Positions 1 to 12,239 of a stretch of DNA of 61,976 nt are shown here, piece after piece. Origin of the DNA: Octopus bimaculoides (Eukaryota); NCBI RefSeq assembly GCF_001194135.2, contig NC_068982.1, forward strand, positions 84,765,693 through 84,827,668, written 5' to 3'. Under the pieces are notes generated by a model. The model was given only the letters and a program-made list of their open reading frames with translations, was not told the origin of the DNA and made no database searches. The position numbers and the translations under genes are program-made. Within the stretch, counting starts at the first letter, position 1; each line of letters starts with the position of its first letter.

Positions 1-49
<49 letters not shown>
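1..49. repeat. (TA)n-(GA)n compound microsatellite
   Basis: Directly visible dinucleotide runs at the PLE 3' end. Confidence 0.95.
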
Positions 50-2322
50 GGAGAATTCACAAAAAAACAAAAGACGAAGACAGGTGGTGTAGAAAACAAA
101 CAGATGTATTAGTATAACGCTTGAGAATTGAAAAAGTCTTTAACGTTTCGAGCCTATGCTCTTCCACAGAAAGGAACACAGAAAGAAACAAGGAGAGAAA
201 CAAACAGAGAAAAAAATGTGTGTAGTAGTTAGTGATCTATCATGGTGAATGCCAGGCAGAAGGGTCACACAGGAGAGCTAAGGAAAAGGGGAGATAACAA
301 AGTAATAGTGATCCCAAAAAGAAGGTGCACGTGTGTAAGAGAGTATGTATATGCATGTGAAAGAGGGCTGGTGATCTTGACGTGTGCTTGTGTTTATGTG
401 TAGATGTGAAAATGTGGGGATGGGAATTGGTCAGTGCTGGTGTGTGCGTGGTGGTGTGTTGTGATATGTGTTGTGTGGTATGGTGTAGTTTGGTGTGGTG
501 TGATGCTGTTGGGAGGTGGGGGAGGCGAGAGTGGGGAAAGTAAGGCTTCAGCNNNNNNNNNNNNNNNNNNNNNNNNNNNNNNNNNNNNNNNNNNNNNNNN
601 NNNNNNNNNNNNNNNNNNNNNNNNNNNNNNNNNNNNNNNNNNNNNNNNNNNNNNNNNNNNNNNNNNNNNNNNNNNNNNNNNNNNNNNNNNNNNNNNNNNN
701 NNNNNNNNNNNNNNNNNNNNNNNNNNNNNNNNNNNNNNNNNNNNNNNNNNNNNNNNNNNNNNNNNNNNNNNNNNNNNNNNNNNNNNNNNNNNNNNNNNNN
801 NNNNNNNNNNNNNNNNNNNNNNNNNNNNNNNNNNNNNNNNNNNNNNNNNNNNNNNNNNNNNNNNNNNNNNNNNNNNNNNNNNNNNNNNNNNNNNNNNNNN
901 NNNNNNNNNNNNNNNNNNNNNNNNNNNNNNNNNNNNNNNNNNNNNNNNNNNNNNNNNNNNNNNNNNNNNNNNNNNNNNNNNNNNNNNNNNNNNNNNNNNN
1001 NNNNNNNNNNNNNNNNNNNNNNNNNNNNNNNNNNNNNNNNNNNNNNNNNNNNNNNNNNNNNNNNNNNNNNNNNNNNNNNNNNNNNNNNNNNNNNNNNNNN
1101 NNNNNNNNNNNNNNNNNNNNNNNNNNNNNNNNNNNNNNNNNNNNNNNNNNNNNNNNNNNNNNNNNNNNNNNNNNNNNNNNNNNNNNNNNNNNNNNNNNNN
1201 NNNNNNNNNNNNNNNNNNNNNNNNNNNNNNNNNNNNNNNNNNNNNNNNNNNNNNNNNNNNNNNNNNNNNNNNNNNNNNNNNNNNNNNNNNNNNNNNNNNN
1301 NNNNNNNNNNNNNNNNNNNNNNNNNNNNNNNNNNNNNNNNNNNNNNNNNNNNNNNNNNNNNNNNNNNNNNNNNNNNNNNNNNNNNNNNNNNNNNNNNNNN
1401 NNNNNNNNNNNNNNNNNNNNNNNNNNNNNNNNNNNNNNNNNNNNATGTGTGACGTGGAGGGGTTGGACTGGAGACGCCGGAAAGCTCGGAGAATGGTGCG
1501 TTGGGGTGGTGGGGTGGTAGGTGAGGGGAAAAGGGAGGTGGGAGACAGCAGGGCAGGTTCGGGGGGAGGTGATGCACAGTCCATGGAACATGCTCTGGCA
1601 AGGGCGGTGTGGATAGTGGTGAGGGGATATCCGCATAGGATGAAGTGGTGAGCCATGAGTTGAGACTGAGTCTCAAAGTCATGATTGTCACTATAGAGCC
1701 TGCATAGATGGAAGAATTGGGAATAGGGGATGGAGAGCTTGGTGTGTTTAGGGTGAGAGGCGGAGAAATTGAGGTAAGAGTCTGAGTCTGTGTGTTTGTC
1801 GTGGATGGAGGTGGTAAGAGTGGAGTGATGAATGCTAACCGAAATGTCAAGAAAGGAGACAGAGGTGTCAGAGATAGTGCAGGATAAGTGGAGGCAGGAT
1901 GGAAAGATTTGACAAAAGAGAGGAAGGAGTCTAGATGTTCGCAGGAGAGTGAGGTTGCACTGATATAGTCGTCAATATAATGGCCATATAGTTCGGGAGT
2001 GAGACCAGTGAAACTTGAGAATATTTGGGCCTCAACATAGCCAACGAACAGGTTCGCATAGTTGGGGCCCATTCTCGTTCCCATAGCCACTCCCATGAAC
2101 GAGAAGCAGTTGTGTGAGAGGATAAGTTCAGCCAGATGAACGAGATGGCTTGGGGGTTGGGTTAGAGGTCAAGGAAATGTTTGAGTGCACACAGCCCCTC
2201 ATGGTGAGGGATCACAGTGTAGAGGCTCTGGATGTCGAGAGTGAAGAGAAGTTTAGAGGGGCCAGGAAGGAAGGAGAAAGAGTTGAACAAGTGAAGCGCG
2301 TGGTTGGTGTCATGGATGTGAG
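50..2322 (-). mobile_element. 5'-truncated Penelope-like element (Neptune-like RT), frameshifted; endonuclease region probably in the N-gap
   Basis: Minus-strand translation gives LFTLDIQSLYTVIPHHEGL (PLE RT motif A), GVAMGTRMGPNYANLFVGY (motif B) and YIDD (motif C). The 3' region carries a hammerhead-like motif. Confidence 0.85.
138..173 (-). ncRNA. Minimal type I hammerhead-like motif (A6U core variant) in PLE terminal repeat
   Basis: Minus strand reads CUUU-CUGUGGA-A-GAGC(AUAG)GCUC-GAAA-CG-UU-AAAG: stem I CUUU/AAAG, 4-bp stem II, palindromic ACGU stem III. Confidence 0.55.
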
Positions 2323-3347
2323 AAATACACTTATATATATTTACTTAAAGTGAAAGAAATTGTATGCAATAGATAAGTCATCCTAATAACATATTTCTAT
2401 GTACCAGACCTTTAGCTGTTATCTTCAGCATAATGAGTTTTCTAGTGAGGGCTTCATATACCTTCATTGCCTGTTTGTTGCTTCAGTAGAAATCTACAGA
2501 TGCACAAACACACAAAATGGAGAAAATGAAACAAATATGGATGACTTGTTCCAAAACAGCCCCGAGTGGGGAACAGTTCTCAAAAATAAACCCCAATTGT
2601 TTTCCCCCCAAATTCCTATGTTCTCGAAATCTACATAGTCCGAGATATATTTGTAGAGAATTTTATCAAAAAATATTCATTTTCTTGAAAGTTAAGATGA
2701 ATTGAAGTAGATTCTGGTGAATTTTCCAAAATTCCTCACCCACTCCTAAAACACTTTCCTCCCCCAGAATCTACATGGTATAACACATNNNNNNNNNNNN
2801 NNNNNNNNNNNNNNNNNNNNNNNNNNNNNNNNNNNNNNNNNNNNNNNNNNNNNNNNNNNNNNNNNNNNNNNNNNNNNNNNNNNNNNNNNNNNNNNNNNNN
2901 NNNNNNNNNNNNNNNNNNNNNNNNNNNNNNNNNNNNNNNNNNNNNNNNNNNNNNNNNNNNNNNNNNNNNNNNNNNNNNNNNNNNNNNNNNNNNNNNNNNN
3001 NNNNNNNNNNNNNNNNNNNNNNNNNNNNNNNNNNNNNNNNNNNNNNNNNNNNNNNNNNNNNNNNNNNNNNNNNNNNNNNNNNNNNNNNNNNNNNNNNNNN
3101 NNNNNNNNNNNNNNNNNNNNNNNNNNNNNNNNNNNNNNNNNNNNNNNNNNNNNNNNNNNNNNNNNNNNNNNNNNNNNNNNNNNNNNNNNNNNNNNNNNNN
3201 NNNNNNNNNNNNNNNNNNNNNNNNNNNNNNNNNNNNNNNNNNNNNNNNNNNNNNNNNNNNNNNNNNNNNNNNNNNNNNNNNNNNNNNNNNNNNNNNNNNN
3301 NNNNNNNNNNNNNNNNNNNNNNNNNNNNNNNNNNNNNNNNNNNNNNC

Positions 3348-3977
3348 TTACACGTAACATTCCTTCATTGGACATTAAACTCCGCTTGCGAAGACCTTTT
3401 GAGGCAAGTGAAATCGAAATCGAACTAAATTTGTAGACTGGCACCCATGCCAACGTCTCTTCATTGAACACTAAACTCGGCTTGCGAAGACCTGTTGGGG
3501 CAAGCGAAAGCGAAATCGTGATGGCACCTGTACCAGTAGATCACTAAGAGCACTGTCCGAGCGTGATCGTTGCCAGAGCACCAGCTGTCTGGCTTCCGTG
3601 CCGGTGGCATGTAAATAGCACCATGTGAGCGTGATCGTTACCAATGTCGCCTTCCTAGCACTTGTGCCAGTGGCACGTGAAAAGTCATTCGAGTGAGTTC
3701 GCTGCCAGTACCGCTGGACTGTCTCCCGTGCAGGTGGCACATAAAATACACCATTTCGAGCGTGGTCATTGCCAGTACCTCTTGACTGGCCTTCGTGCTG
3801 GTGGCACGTAAAAAAACCCACTACACTCTCAGAGTGGTTGGCGTTAGGAAGGGCATCCAGCTGTAGAAACTCTGCCAAATCAGATTGGAGCCTGGTGTAG
3901 CCATCTGGTTCACCAGTCCTCAGTCAAATTGTCCAACCCATGCTAGCATGGAAAGCGGACGTTAAACGATGATGATG
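3348..3977 (+). mobile_element. RTE LINE 3' UTR fragment ending in (GAT)n
   Basis: Same sequence as the UTR that follows the RT C-terminus at 20125-20692; ends GGACGTTAAACGATGATGATG. Confidence 0.85.
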
Positions 3978-4437
3978 GAGTCAATTATTTGCATGCTAAA
4001 AATGACTTTATTTATAATTTATTTATTAATTTTATAGTAAATAGAATATGATTATTTGTGGCTTTGTCTGTTCAGAAAAGGCAAATACTACTTGTAATTA
4101 TATTCTATTCAATATTAATTTAATTTAATTTATTTAAAATAAAGTCATTTGATTAAATTTGTATCCTCAAGTTCTTTAAATATATTCATTTGTAACTTTG
4201 TCTCTATACAGCACTGAAATTACAGTATGTACATTATGTCCAAGGAAGGCAAAGTTGCAATGATTATCATTCATTTTTAATTTAATTTCTAAATGAGAAT
4301 TAGTCAAATGAAAAAAATCAAAATTTTGTTTGAATATTCTTGGAAATTTTTGAATTCAAAATGACTGCAAAAAATGGTAATTTTATATATTGTTAATTAA
4401 AATTTTACTATTACTGCAATGCCTGTAAAAACACTGG

Positions 4438-4789
4438 ACTAGCCAATGAAAAATGTGGATGCATCCTAACAAAATTCTTAACAAATTAAAGCTGGAAAAG
4501 GAGAGGGCAAGAAAAACTCATTAAAATTAGAGCTTAAAATATTGCTGCTAAAATTAAATTTTTTTTATTAATTCATTTAGTACAAAAAATAAAATTAAAA
4601 AGGAAAAGTGAAATTAATTGAATTTTTTAAAAAAATACGAAAATGTACCTAAGAGATACTTTTTAATTTTAATTTTACCAGCAATATTTTAAACTCTAAT
4701 TTTAAGGAGTTTTTTTCTTGTCCTCTACTTTTTGAGGTTTAATTGTTAAGAATATTGTTAGTATGCCTCCGCATTTTTCATTAGCTAGT
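4438..4789. mobile_element. Foldback/MITE-like element with ~130-bp inverted arms
   Basis: Left arm ACTAGCCAATGAAAAATGTGGATGCATCCTAACAA... matches the reverse complement of right arm ...TTGTTAGTATGCCTCCGCATTTTTCATTAGCTAGT. Confidence 0.8.
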
Positions 4790-5064
4790 AGAACATATTG
4801 TTATATATAAGAGAAAAGGATAAGGAGTGTATATAGTCATAAATGACAGAGAAATATTTAGATGAATCTTTGTTTAACAATAAAAAAATCCAAATATCAT
4901 GACAAATTTGTTTCATAACTCAAAAAACATGTAAATAACTTTTATGTTATCATGTTTAATAATAAATAAATTACTTACATGTCTGCACTAATACAAAATG
5001 TAAAAAATTCTTTCTTCTTTCAAAATAATGTAGAATTTGAGCAACAAGTACCCCAAAAAACATA

Positions 5065-5560
5065 CTTTCCACTCCAATTATGAAGAGAAAAGAGGATGAA
5101 ACCCATAAACTGACCACAGTCTGTCTACCCTAAGTGAAAGGCCACTACGAAAAGATATGAAAGATATGCAGCCCATATGACATCAGGACAGTATTCAAGA
5201 GTAATACAACACTTCACAAATATTTCCTTCAAGTAAAACCACCAATAGAAGAGAATATGACCAAAGACTGCGTGTACTCCATCCCATCCAGCTGTAATAG
5301 GTTATACAAATGCGAAACATGCTGCCCCATCAAAATAAGGGTAGAGGAATATCGCAAAGCTGTGACATGAGGAGATATTGATAAATTGGGTATAGCTGAT
5401 CATGTATGGAAAAATAGAGACCACCTCCCCCTGTTGGATGAAGTTAATAATAATAGACTGGAAAATATGAAAACTAAAAGAAGCAGCACATATGCTAGGA
5501 CATAATAACCTCCTAACCAGACCTAATGCCGGTATTAAGGAAGGATAGGAAAATATTAGA
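5065..5560 (+). pseudogene. PLE (Penelope/Poseidon-type) linker and GIY-YIG endonuclease remnant
   Basis: Manual translation: VCLP*VKG..DIRTVFKSNTTL..VKPP..KDCVYSIPSSC..LY..ET..RVEEYRKAV..GIADHVW. Stop codons keep it below the ORF-track threshold. Confidence 0.75.
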
Positions 5561-5605
5561 TATAAATCTAATATTCACTCCATAAAATTCACTCCATAAT
5601 TGCCC

Positions 5606-5830
5606 ACGGGCATACGGTGTAGTGGTTAAGAGTGTGGGCTACTAACCCCAAGATTCCGAGTTCGATTCCAGGCAGTGACCTGAATAATAATAATAATAAC
5701 AACGTCGGACAAATACCTTAGGAATGAGAACCCAGGTTCAAAATTGCTCCAGGAAACTTGTTAACAACAAACAAGATGAGGACAAATATCCGTCAAATGT
5801 AAATAATGTTCATAATTCCTCATCTCTCAA
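5606..5830 (+). mobile_element. tRNA-derived SINE
   Basis: A box GGTGTAGTGGTTAAGAG and B box GAGTTCGATTCC, followed by (AAT)n and a non-tRNA body. Confidence 0.65.
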
Positions 5831-6164
5831 ATATAGAACTGTATTTAGTAGATATTGAGGGTAATTGTTCAGTTTACGGGTGTACAAAAAGAGTAAATAA
5901 AAATTAAGGGGTGATAAAAACGCAAAGGGAAGTAAGCCAACTTACTTTTCTACTGAATTACGCCATAATACAAACGTTTTAGCTTAGGATAGCTTTCTGC
6001 TATCATTGTTCCTTTTCCAAATTTACATTTACTGTGTTGTATACAAGCTCCTACCCCTACCTCACTACTGTTCACTTTATAAAGTGGTTGGTAAATGAGT
6101 AGAGAAAGTGTTGGGTTATGAGGTACCTCAAGTCTTGTCTCACTGAAGACTATTCAACCTCTCT

Positions 6165-6365
6165 TGTGTTGGTGCCATAAAAAAATACACTCCATAGCAG
6201 TTGGTGTTAGGAAGGGCACCCAGCTGTAGAAATTAGTATGAACACAGTCATTGGGAGTTGTAGCTTCTATGCAGTAGGGGGAATGAGGCTGTGAAGATCC
6301 ATCCAACCCATGCCGACATGGAACGCAGTAATAAAATGAGGATGATAAAGATGATGATGATGATA
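6165..6365 (+). mobile_element. Degenerate RTE 3' tail
   Basis: GTTGGTGTTAGGAAGGGCACCCAGCTGTAGAAA...CCAACCCATGCC...(GAT)n. Confidence 0.6.
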
Positions 6366-6846
6366 ATATTACAGAGAAGTGAGAGAGGTTTTCAGTTTTC
6401 TATGCTCTGATTATTTGCAGTAGAATGTTTCTGGAGATTTGTGAATGTGTTACATACTAAAGTTGTGAATGTGCATAGAGATCAACTTACCTTGATTATT
6501 GATTCACATTTATATCTTTAACTCATCATAGATAGTGCTTACATGATTAAATATCAGAAAAATATTGGGAAGGGAGATTTCAAAGTGTGTGGTATTAATG
6601 TGCAGGATAAACACTACAATGTCTCAGGAACAGTTGAAATGAGAACTTCCACCAGTGTAAGTTTTAATTTATCTTGTAAGTTGTCATGTCCACTAGAAAA
6701 CTTCTTATCATCCAAATAATGGTTGGCATTTACCTTGGTTAAAAAAATGTAAATAAATATGAATAGACATTTTTATAATCATATATATTAGAAGGGTAGA
6801 GAGAAAAAATAGAGAAAGAGATGGGTAGATAGACACAAAATATTTA

Positions 6847-6849
<3 letters not shown>

Positions 6850-6893
<44 letters not shown>

Positions 6894-7150
6894 TCATCAT
6901 CATCATCATTTAATGCTCCAGAGTCTTTTGTGTGAATGAATCAGTTGTACATTTGTTGTAAAGGAGAAGTCATTCTCTTGTGACAAAACATAACAATGAT
7001 TAGCATATTCTCACTTCTCACTGTGCCAGTTCTTGTCAAACTGTCCAGCACATGCCAGCATGGGAAATGGACATTAAATGATGATGATGATGATGTATAT
7101 ATATCATCATCCTCATTTAACATCCTTTCTTCCATGCTGCCATGGGTTGG
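6850..7150 (-). repeat. (TA)n microsatellite with stacked RTE (CAT)n tails
   Basis: (TA)n joined to (CAT)n-TTAATG; a further tail CATCCTCATTTAACATCCTTTCTTCCATGCTG..ATGGGTTGG lies at 7085-7150. Confidence 0.6.
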
Positions 7151-7196
7151 GTAGTTTGACAAAAGCATAGTTGCTAGAAAAAGAACTGGCAGGACA

Positions 7197-7632
7197 AAGT
7201 TCAGAGACTTATTACTTTGATAACAACAGTCCTTTTTGTCAGAGTGAAAGATAAATTATATGATGTCTGTGTATGAACAGCTATGCTACTTGGTAATGAA
7301 ACATGAGCTGTGAAAGCAGAGGATATATAAAGAATTTTGAAAAATGAAGCTAGCATGCTCTGCTAGATGTGCATTTTCACTGTGCATGTACAACAAATAG
7401 AGTTTTGTGAGTAAAATTAGGTATAAGTGGCATCAGATGTATAAGTAACATCAGATATATGTGGCATCAGATGTGCGAGAGAGAACTGTGCTGGTATGGT
7501 CATGTGATGTGTATGAATGAAGACAGCTGCATAAAGAAGTCCTGATCTCTAAATGTAGTGGGAACCTGTAGAAGAGGAAGACTTAGGAAGATATGGGACA
7601 AAGTGATGAAAAATGATCTTCAGATGTTGACC
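7197..7632 (+). pseudogene. RTE reverse transcriptase C-terminal remnant
   Basis: KFRDLL..RVKDKLYDVCV*TAMLLGNET*AVKAED, homologous to the RTE copy at 48126-48440. Confidence 0.65.
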
Positions 7633-7637
7633 CTCAT

Positions 7638-9042
7638 TGTTGTAGGGAATTAGTAATAATGGTATACCCCTCCCATGTGACAAATGGAATAACCTATTCA
7701 CTATAAGTAAAGAGAAGTACATGAAGTACCAGAGTACATAGTAGGCAGTCAGAGACAGTCATATCTTTACTGGTTTTACTAAGTATATTGTATACTGAAG
7801 TATGCATTATAACAATCCAACATTTTAAGGATGTAACAGTAGCAATGAGGATAAACCAATTCACATGGATTTAATAGAAATGCAAAGAGGAGTTAATAAA
7901 CTCACAAAGTTTTGTTGTGCAAATTTTACAAAACAAATTTATAAAATTGTGGAAAATTTGTTGGCCAATTTGCTGGAGTTGCAAAAACAGCAACAACAGC
8001 AGCAGATACAACTGCAAGAGCAACAGCAGAAGCTACAACAACAAATAATATTACAGCAACAAATGCTGTAATTACTGAAGTAATCAGGAAAGTCAGAAAA
8101 AGTGTTCTCGCCAGAATATGTTGCAAACTCAATAACAGAGTTCAAATATGAACCTGACGGAGGAGTTACCTTCAAAGCATACTACAAAAGATATGAGCAA
8201 ATCTTTAAGAAAGAATGTAAAGATTGGGATGACAAGAATAAAATGAGCTTAATCATGAGAAAACTGGCAGCAACAGAACATGAACGATACAGTAAATAAT
8301 ATACTCCCAAGAAAACCCTCAGACATAAACACAATAGATATATTGTGTAAAATTTTCAGTAAAAACAGATCATTGTTCAACACACATTGGAAGTATCTGA
8401 ACATAGAGAAAAACAACGATGTGGACTACATCACATATGCTGGTAGAGTTAACAGGGAATGCGAGAAGTTTAAAATGGACGAATTAACACCATGTATGTT
8501 CAAATGCCTGATTTTTACACAGGGACTTACTGCCAAAAAGGACGTAAAAGTTAGAACTAGAGTTCTCACAAAGCTGGAGCAAAACCAGGATGCAACCCTA
8601 CAACAAGTGCCAGAAGAATGTGAATTGATAGTCAAAATATGACACAACACAGAGGAAATTGAATGTAAAGATTGTTTCCAAGTAAAGCAAGTGCAAAATA
8701 GTCAGAATAGAGATAACGTGTTTCTTTAAAAAACACAATAAAAATCAGAAAATAAAGCCATGTTTTGCATGTGGAAGTATACACGTGAGGAAAAATTGTC
8801 CATTTAAGAAAACAGAGTGCTTCTGTTGTGGAAGTATAGGATATATAAAGATGCACTGCAGAACGAAGATAAAAAAACGTCAGAACAAAGGAAAAAGAAT
8901 AAATAGTATGCCATTGGAAGAAATTAGTAATATAACAATGAGAAAATTCATGAAGGTGAAAATCAGAAATGCAAGTGTTAAAATGCAGTTGGACACTGGA
9001 AGTAATATCACCATTATGAATAAAAAAAATATTCTCCTTTGA
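7638..9042 (+). mobile_element. Ty3/gypsy 5' fragment: LTR, gag with CCHC knuckles, and protease
   Basis: TGTTG...CAACA-bounded LTR (7638-7822); gag SITEFKYEPDGGVTFKAYYKRYE; knuckles CFACG..H..KNC and CFCCGSIGY..MHC; protease LDTGS. Confidence 0.85.
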
Positions 9043-9260
9043 AAAAATGAAAGATGAAAATGATCAATTATGAAAGGCAAAAGAAGAATACTTAATAAAA
9101 TTCTAAATCCAAAACTAAACCAGAAATAATTAATACCATTACCATTATGAAAAAAACAACTTCTATATGCATTAGCCTGGAACATACGTGCCTGAAATAT
9201 TGAAAAACAAAAGCTCTTACACATGAAATACACATTATACACCAACTTATTCCACAAAGT
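9030..9260 (+). mobile_element. PLE endonuclease C-terminus/3' UTR fragment (same family as 16000-16380)
   Basis: Nucleotide similarity to 16140-16340 (AAAATTCTAAATC..AA.CTAAACCAGAAATA...TATGCATTAGCC.GGAACA). Confidence 0.5.
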
Positions 9261-9384
9261 TTTTAAAACAGATAATTTAAAAACAAATCTTTTTCTAATT
9301 AAACAAACATGCATGCATGCATGCATGCATACATATATACATACATACATACATACATACATGATAGCCATCCACTTGTAATCA

Positions 9385-9715
9385 AGGAAGACCACTGCTG
9401 ACCTTTAGGAACATTGTGTGCTCTAGGACTGACTTATATTTTGCATTTGCAGCTCCAGTGGTGGCTAATGAGCCCTGCTCTTGACCAACATACACGACTG
9501 CAAACATTGCAAACCAAGCTTTCCCCATTCACTACATTAGCAGTGCACTTTCAAGCAGCATGCTTAAATTCTTCTTGGTGAATATGTGCTCTTTCAAAGG
9601 TGTCAACTCCCTCCTTAACCTGCTTCCTCCATCTGTGGTGATGACAGGCACTGCTCTCCCAGTCAGTCTCCTGCATATCACAGGCCTTTAATGAGGACTA
9701 ACTCGTCCTTCACCA
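9385..9715 (-). pseudogene. RTE-BovB-like LINE C-terminus with zinc finger
   Basis: ETDWESSAC..RWRKQVKEGV..FE...LVCNVCSRVCWSRAGLISHHWSC. Confidence 0.7.
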
Positions 9716-9821
9716 TAACAAAAAAAAAAAAAAATAGCCACACATATTTTTCAAATACAATCAACAAACATTTATTCCCTACAAACTGTGAGTTTTTTGG
9801 AAAATCTTTTCGTAAATCTTG

Positions 9822-9903
9822 AGATTAACACCCACACGATTACCTACCTAACCCTAAAACCCCAACTCTAACACTGTAGTGAAAATCGTGCGGGTGTTAA
9901 TCT
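9822..9903. repeat. 20-bp inverted repeat enclosing a CTAACCCTAA-type core
   Basis: AGATTAACACCCACACGATT versus the reverse complement of AATCGTGCGGGTGTTAATCT (19/20). Confidence 0.65.
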
Positions 9904-9975
9904 GAAAATTTAACAATCTTTTTTAAAACACTTTTACTTACTAACATTTTTTTATTTAGTGCGTGTGTGTGTTGC

Positions 9976-10011
<36 letters not shown>

Positions 10012-10109
10012 TTAAGACTTAGTTGTGGGTTGGGGCTTTGATTGGCAGAGGTCATTATTATTATTATATTATTATTATTATCATTATTTTAAATTTTCCC
10101 ACAAGGGCG

Positions 10110-10250
10110 GCTTCGGGCAGGTGGAGAATAGTCGATTATATCGACCCCTGTGTTCAACTGCTACTTATTTTTTAGACCCCGAAAGGATGAAAGGCAAAGT
10201 CGACTTCAGCGGAATTTGAACTCAGAACGTAGATATGGGCACAAACCTCC
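10110..10250 (+). mobile_element. SINE body fragment; related copies at ~55440-55560 (-), 58040-58160 and 60480-60660
   Basis: Shared motif GACCCCGAAAGGATGAAAGGCAAAGTCGAC..CAGCGGAATTTGAACTCAGAAC. Confidence 0.65.
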
Positions 10251-12207
10251 CGTCGCTACACTCATTCTGCAGAACAGAGTTGAGTGTGAAAACCAACTTT
10301 AAAGTGTAAATATAGATGTTTTGAATACACGCTCATACATACATACATACAAATACACACATACATACAAATAAACACATACATACAAATACCTGTCAGT
10401 CTCTTCCAAATACGATCGACAGTCAAACATTTATTCCCTACAAACTGAATTTTTTTAATCATCTTTCTTAAAATGCATTTACTTACTACCATATATATAG
10501 AGAGAGACACACAGAATGCACATTAATACACACATATATACAAATACCTATCATTTTTTAAATTTAGTGTGTGTGTGTGTGTGTGTTGCGCAGCTTAATA
10601 TATAATGCTGAAGTTCTGTATCTGTGTGAAGCCTTTTTAAAAGTTTATAGAAATCCACATTTTCCACTTTTTGTACAAATTTTTACATCAATGGAATTTT
10701 CTCGATGTGAACTTTCCAGTACAGTAATTAGATTTTTAAAATTCTGTTTACTTTGTGTGATTTAAGGGAGATTTGGCTGTTGTTTCTAGCAACTTTTATA
10801 TTTCTTCCCTTCTACCTGTACCGGCATTCTTACACATCGATCACGCGCTCAACATATAATATACAGAGTAAAAGTGGGAGAGAGAGAGAAAGTGATACAT
10901 ACAAAGTCATAGATTAACTTGCTTTAAGACTATTCTTTCCTTCTACCTTTTCACTCTTACTTCATTCTTCTTCCTCTCTCCCATTTAATAGCTTTCTTCT
11001 ATCCCTTTACCTCTAACATAATTTTCATAACATAGAAACGTAAAAACACACACAACCACACATACGTGATCTGTGACAACATACACATAAACACATACAC
11101 ATATCAACATTATAGATATAAGATTTAGTTTCTGTGTGTTTCTTATATAAACATGCGCACACATTGCTATTTTATAACTGTCTTCCGTTCTCCCTTCNNN
11201 NNNNNNNNNNNNNNNNNNNNNNNNNNNNNNNNNNNNNNNNNNNNNNNNNNNNNNNNNNNNNNNNNNNNNNNNNNNNNNNNNNNNNNNNNNNNNNNNNNNN
11301 NNNNNNNNNNNNNNNNNNNNNNNNNNNNNNNNNNNNNNNNNNNNNNNNNNNNNNNNNNNNNNNNNNNNNNNNNNNNNNNNNNNNNNNNNNNNNNNNNNNN
11401 NNNNNNNNNNNNNNNNNNNNNNNNNNNNNNNNNNNNNNNNNNNNNNNNNNNNNNNNNNNNNNNNNNNNNNNNNNNNNNNNNNNNNNNNNNNNNNNNNNNN
11501 NNNNNNNNNNNNNNNNNNNNNNNNNNNNNNNNNNNNNNNNNNNNNNNNNNNNNNNNNNNNNNNNNNNNNNNNNNNNNNNNNNNNNNNNNNNNNNNNNNNN
11601 NNNNNNNNNNNNNNNNNNNNNNNNNNNNNNNNNNNNNNNNNNNNNNNNNNNNNNNNNNNNNNNNNNNNNNNNNNNNNNNNNNNNNNNNNNNNNNNNNNNN
11701 NNNNNNNNNNNNNNNNNNNNNNNNNNNNNNNNNNNNNNNNNNNNNNNNNNNNNNNNNNNNNNNNNNNNNNNNNNNNNNNNNNNNNNNNNNNNNNNNNNNN
11801 NNNNNNNNNNNNNNNNNNNNNNNNNNNNNNNNNNNNNNNNNNNNNNNNNNNNNNNNNNNNNNNNNNNNNNNNNNNNNNNNNNNNNNNNNNNNNNNNNNNN
11901 NNNNNNNNNNNNNNNNNNNNNNNNNNNNNNNNNNNNNNNNNNNNNNNNNNNNNNNNNNNNNNNNNNNNNNNNNNNNNNNNNNNNNNNNNNNNNNNNNNNN
12001 NNNNNNNNNNNNNNNNNNNNNNNNNNNNNNNNNNNNNNNNNNNNNNNNNNNNNNNNNNNNNNNNNNNNNNNNNNNNNNNNNNNNNNNNNNNNNNNNNNNN
12101 NNNNNNNNNNNNNNNNNNNNNNNNNNNNNNNNNNNNNNNNNNNNNNNNNNNNNNNNNNNNNNNNNNNNNACCTAACAAGACTTATCGTAGATGGCATAAT
12201 AAGTCAC

Positions 12208-12236
12208 ACCCGGACAACGTCGGGTTATACTGCTAG
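12208..12236 (+). mobile_element. Helitron 3' terminus (hairpin + CTAG)
   Basis: ACCCGGACAACGTCGGGT hairpin followed by CTAG-T. Confidence 0.6.
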
Positions 12237-12239
12237 TTA

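Noticed and set aside
240-2096. Long ORFs spanning N-runs (also 10985-12279, 18248-19034, 33103-34334, 40765-41353, 50579-51197)
   Set aside because: Their length comes from X codons in assembly gaps; only the flanking TE-derived residues are informative.
5606-5680. Possible tRNA gene
   Set aside because: A and B boxes are present, but there is no pairing acceptor stem and the sequence continues into a SINE body.
6606-6656. 51-nt phase-0 micro-exon candidate (CAG|GAT...AGT|GTAAGT; DKHYNVSGTVEMRTSTS)
   Set aside because: The acceptor lacks a polypyrimidine tract, no homology is recognised, and no partner exons were found.
7865-8175. Poly-Gln and poly-Cys ORFs
   Set aside because: This is the CAG/CAA-rich N-terminus of gypsy gag and its antisense reading; the same applies to 32245-32574 in the Helitron.
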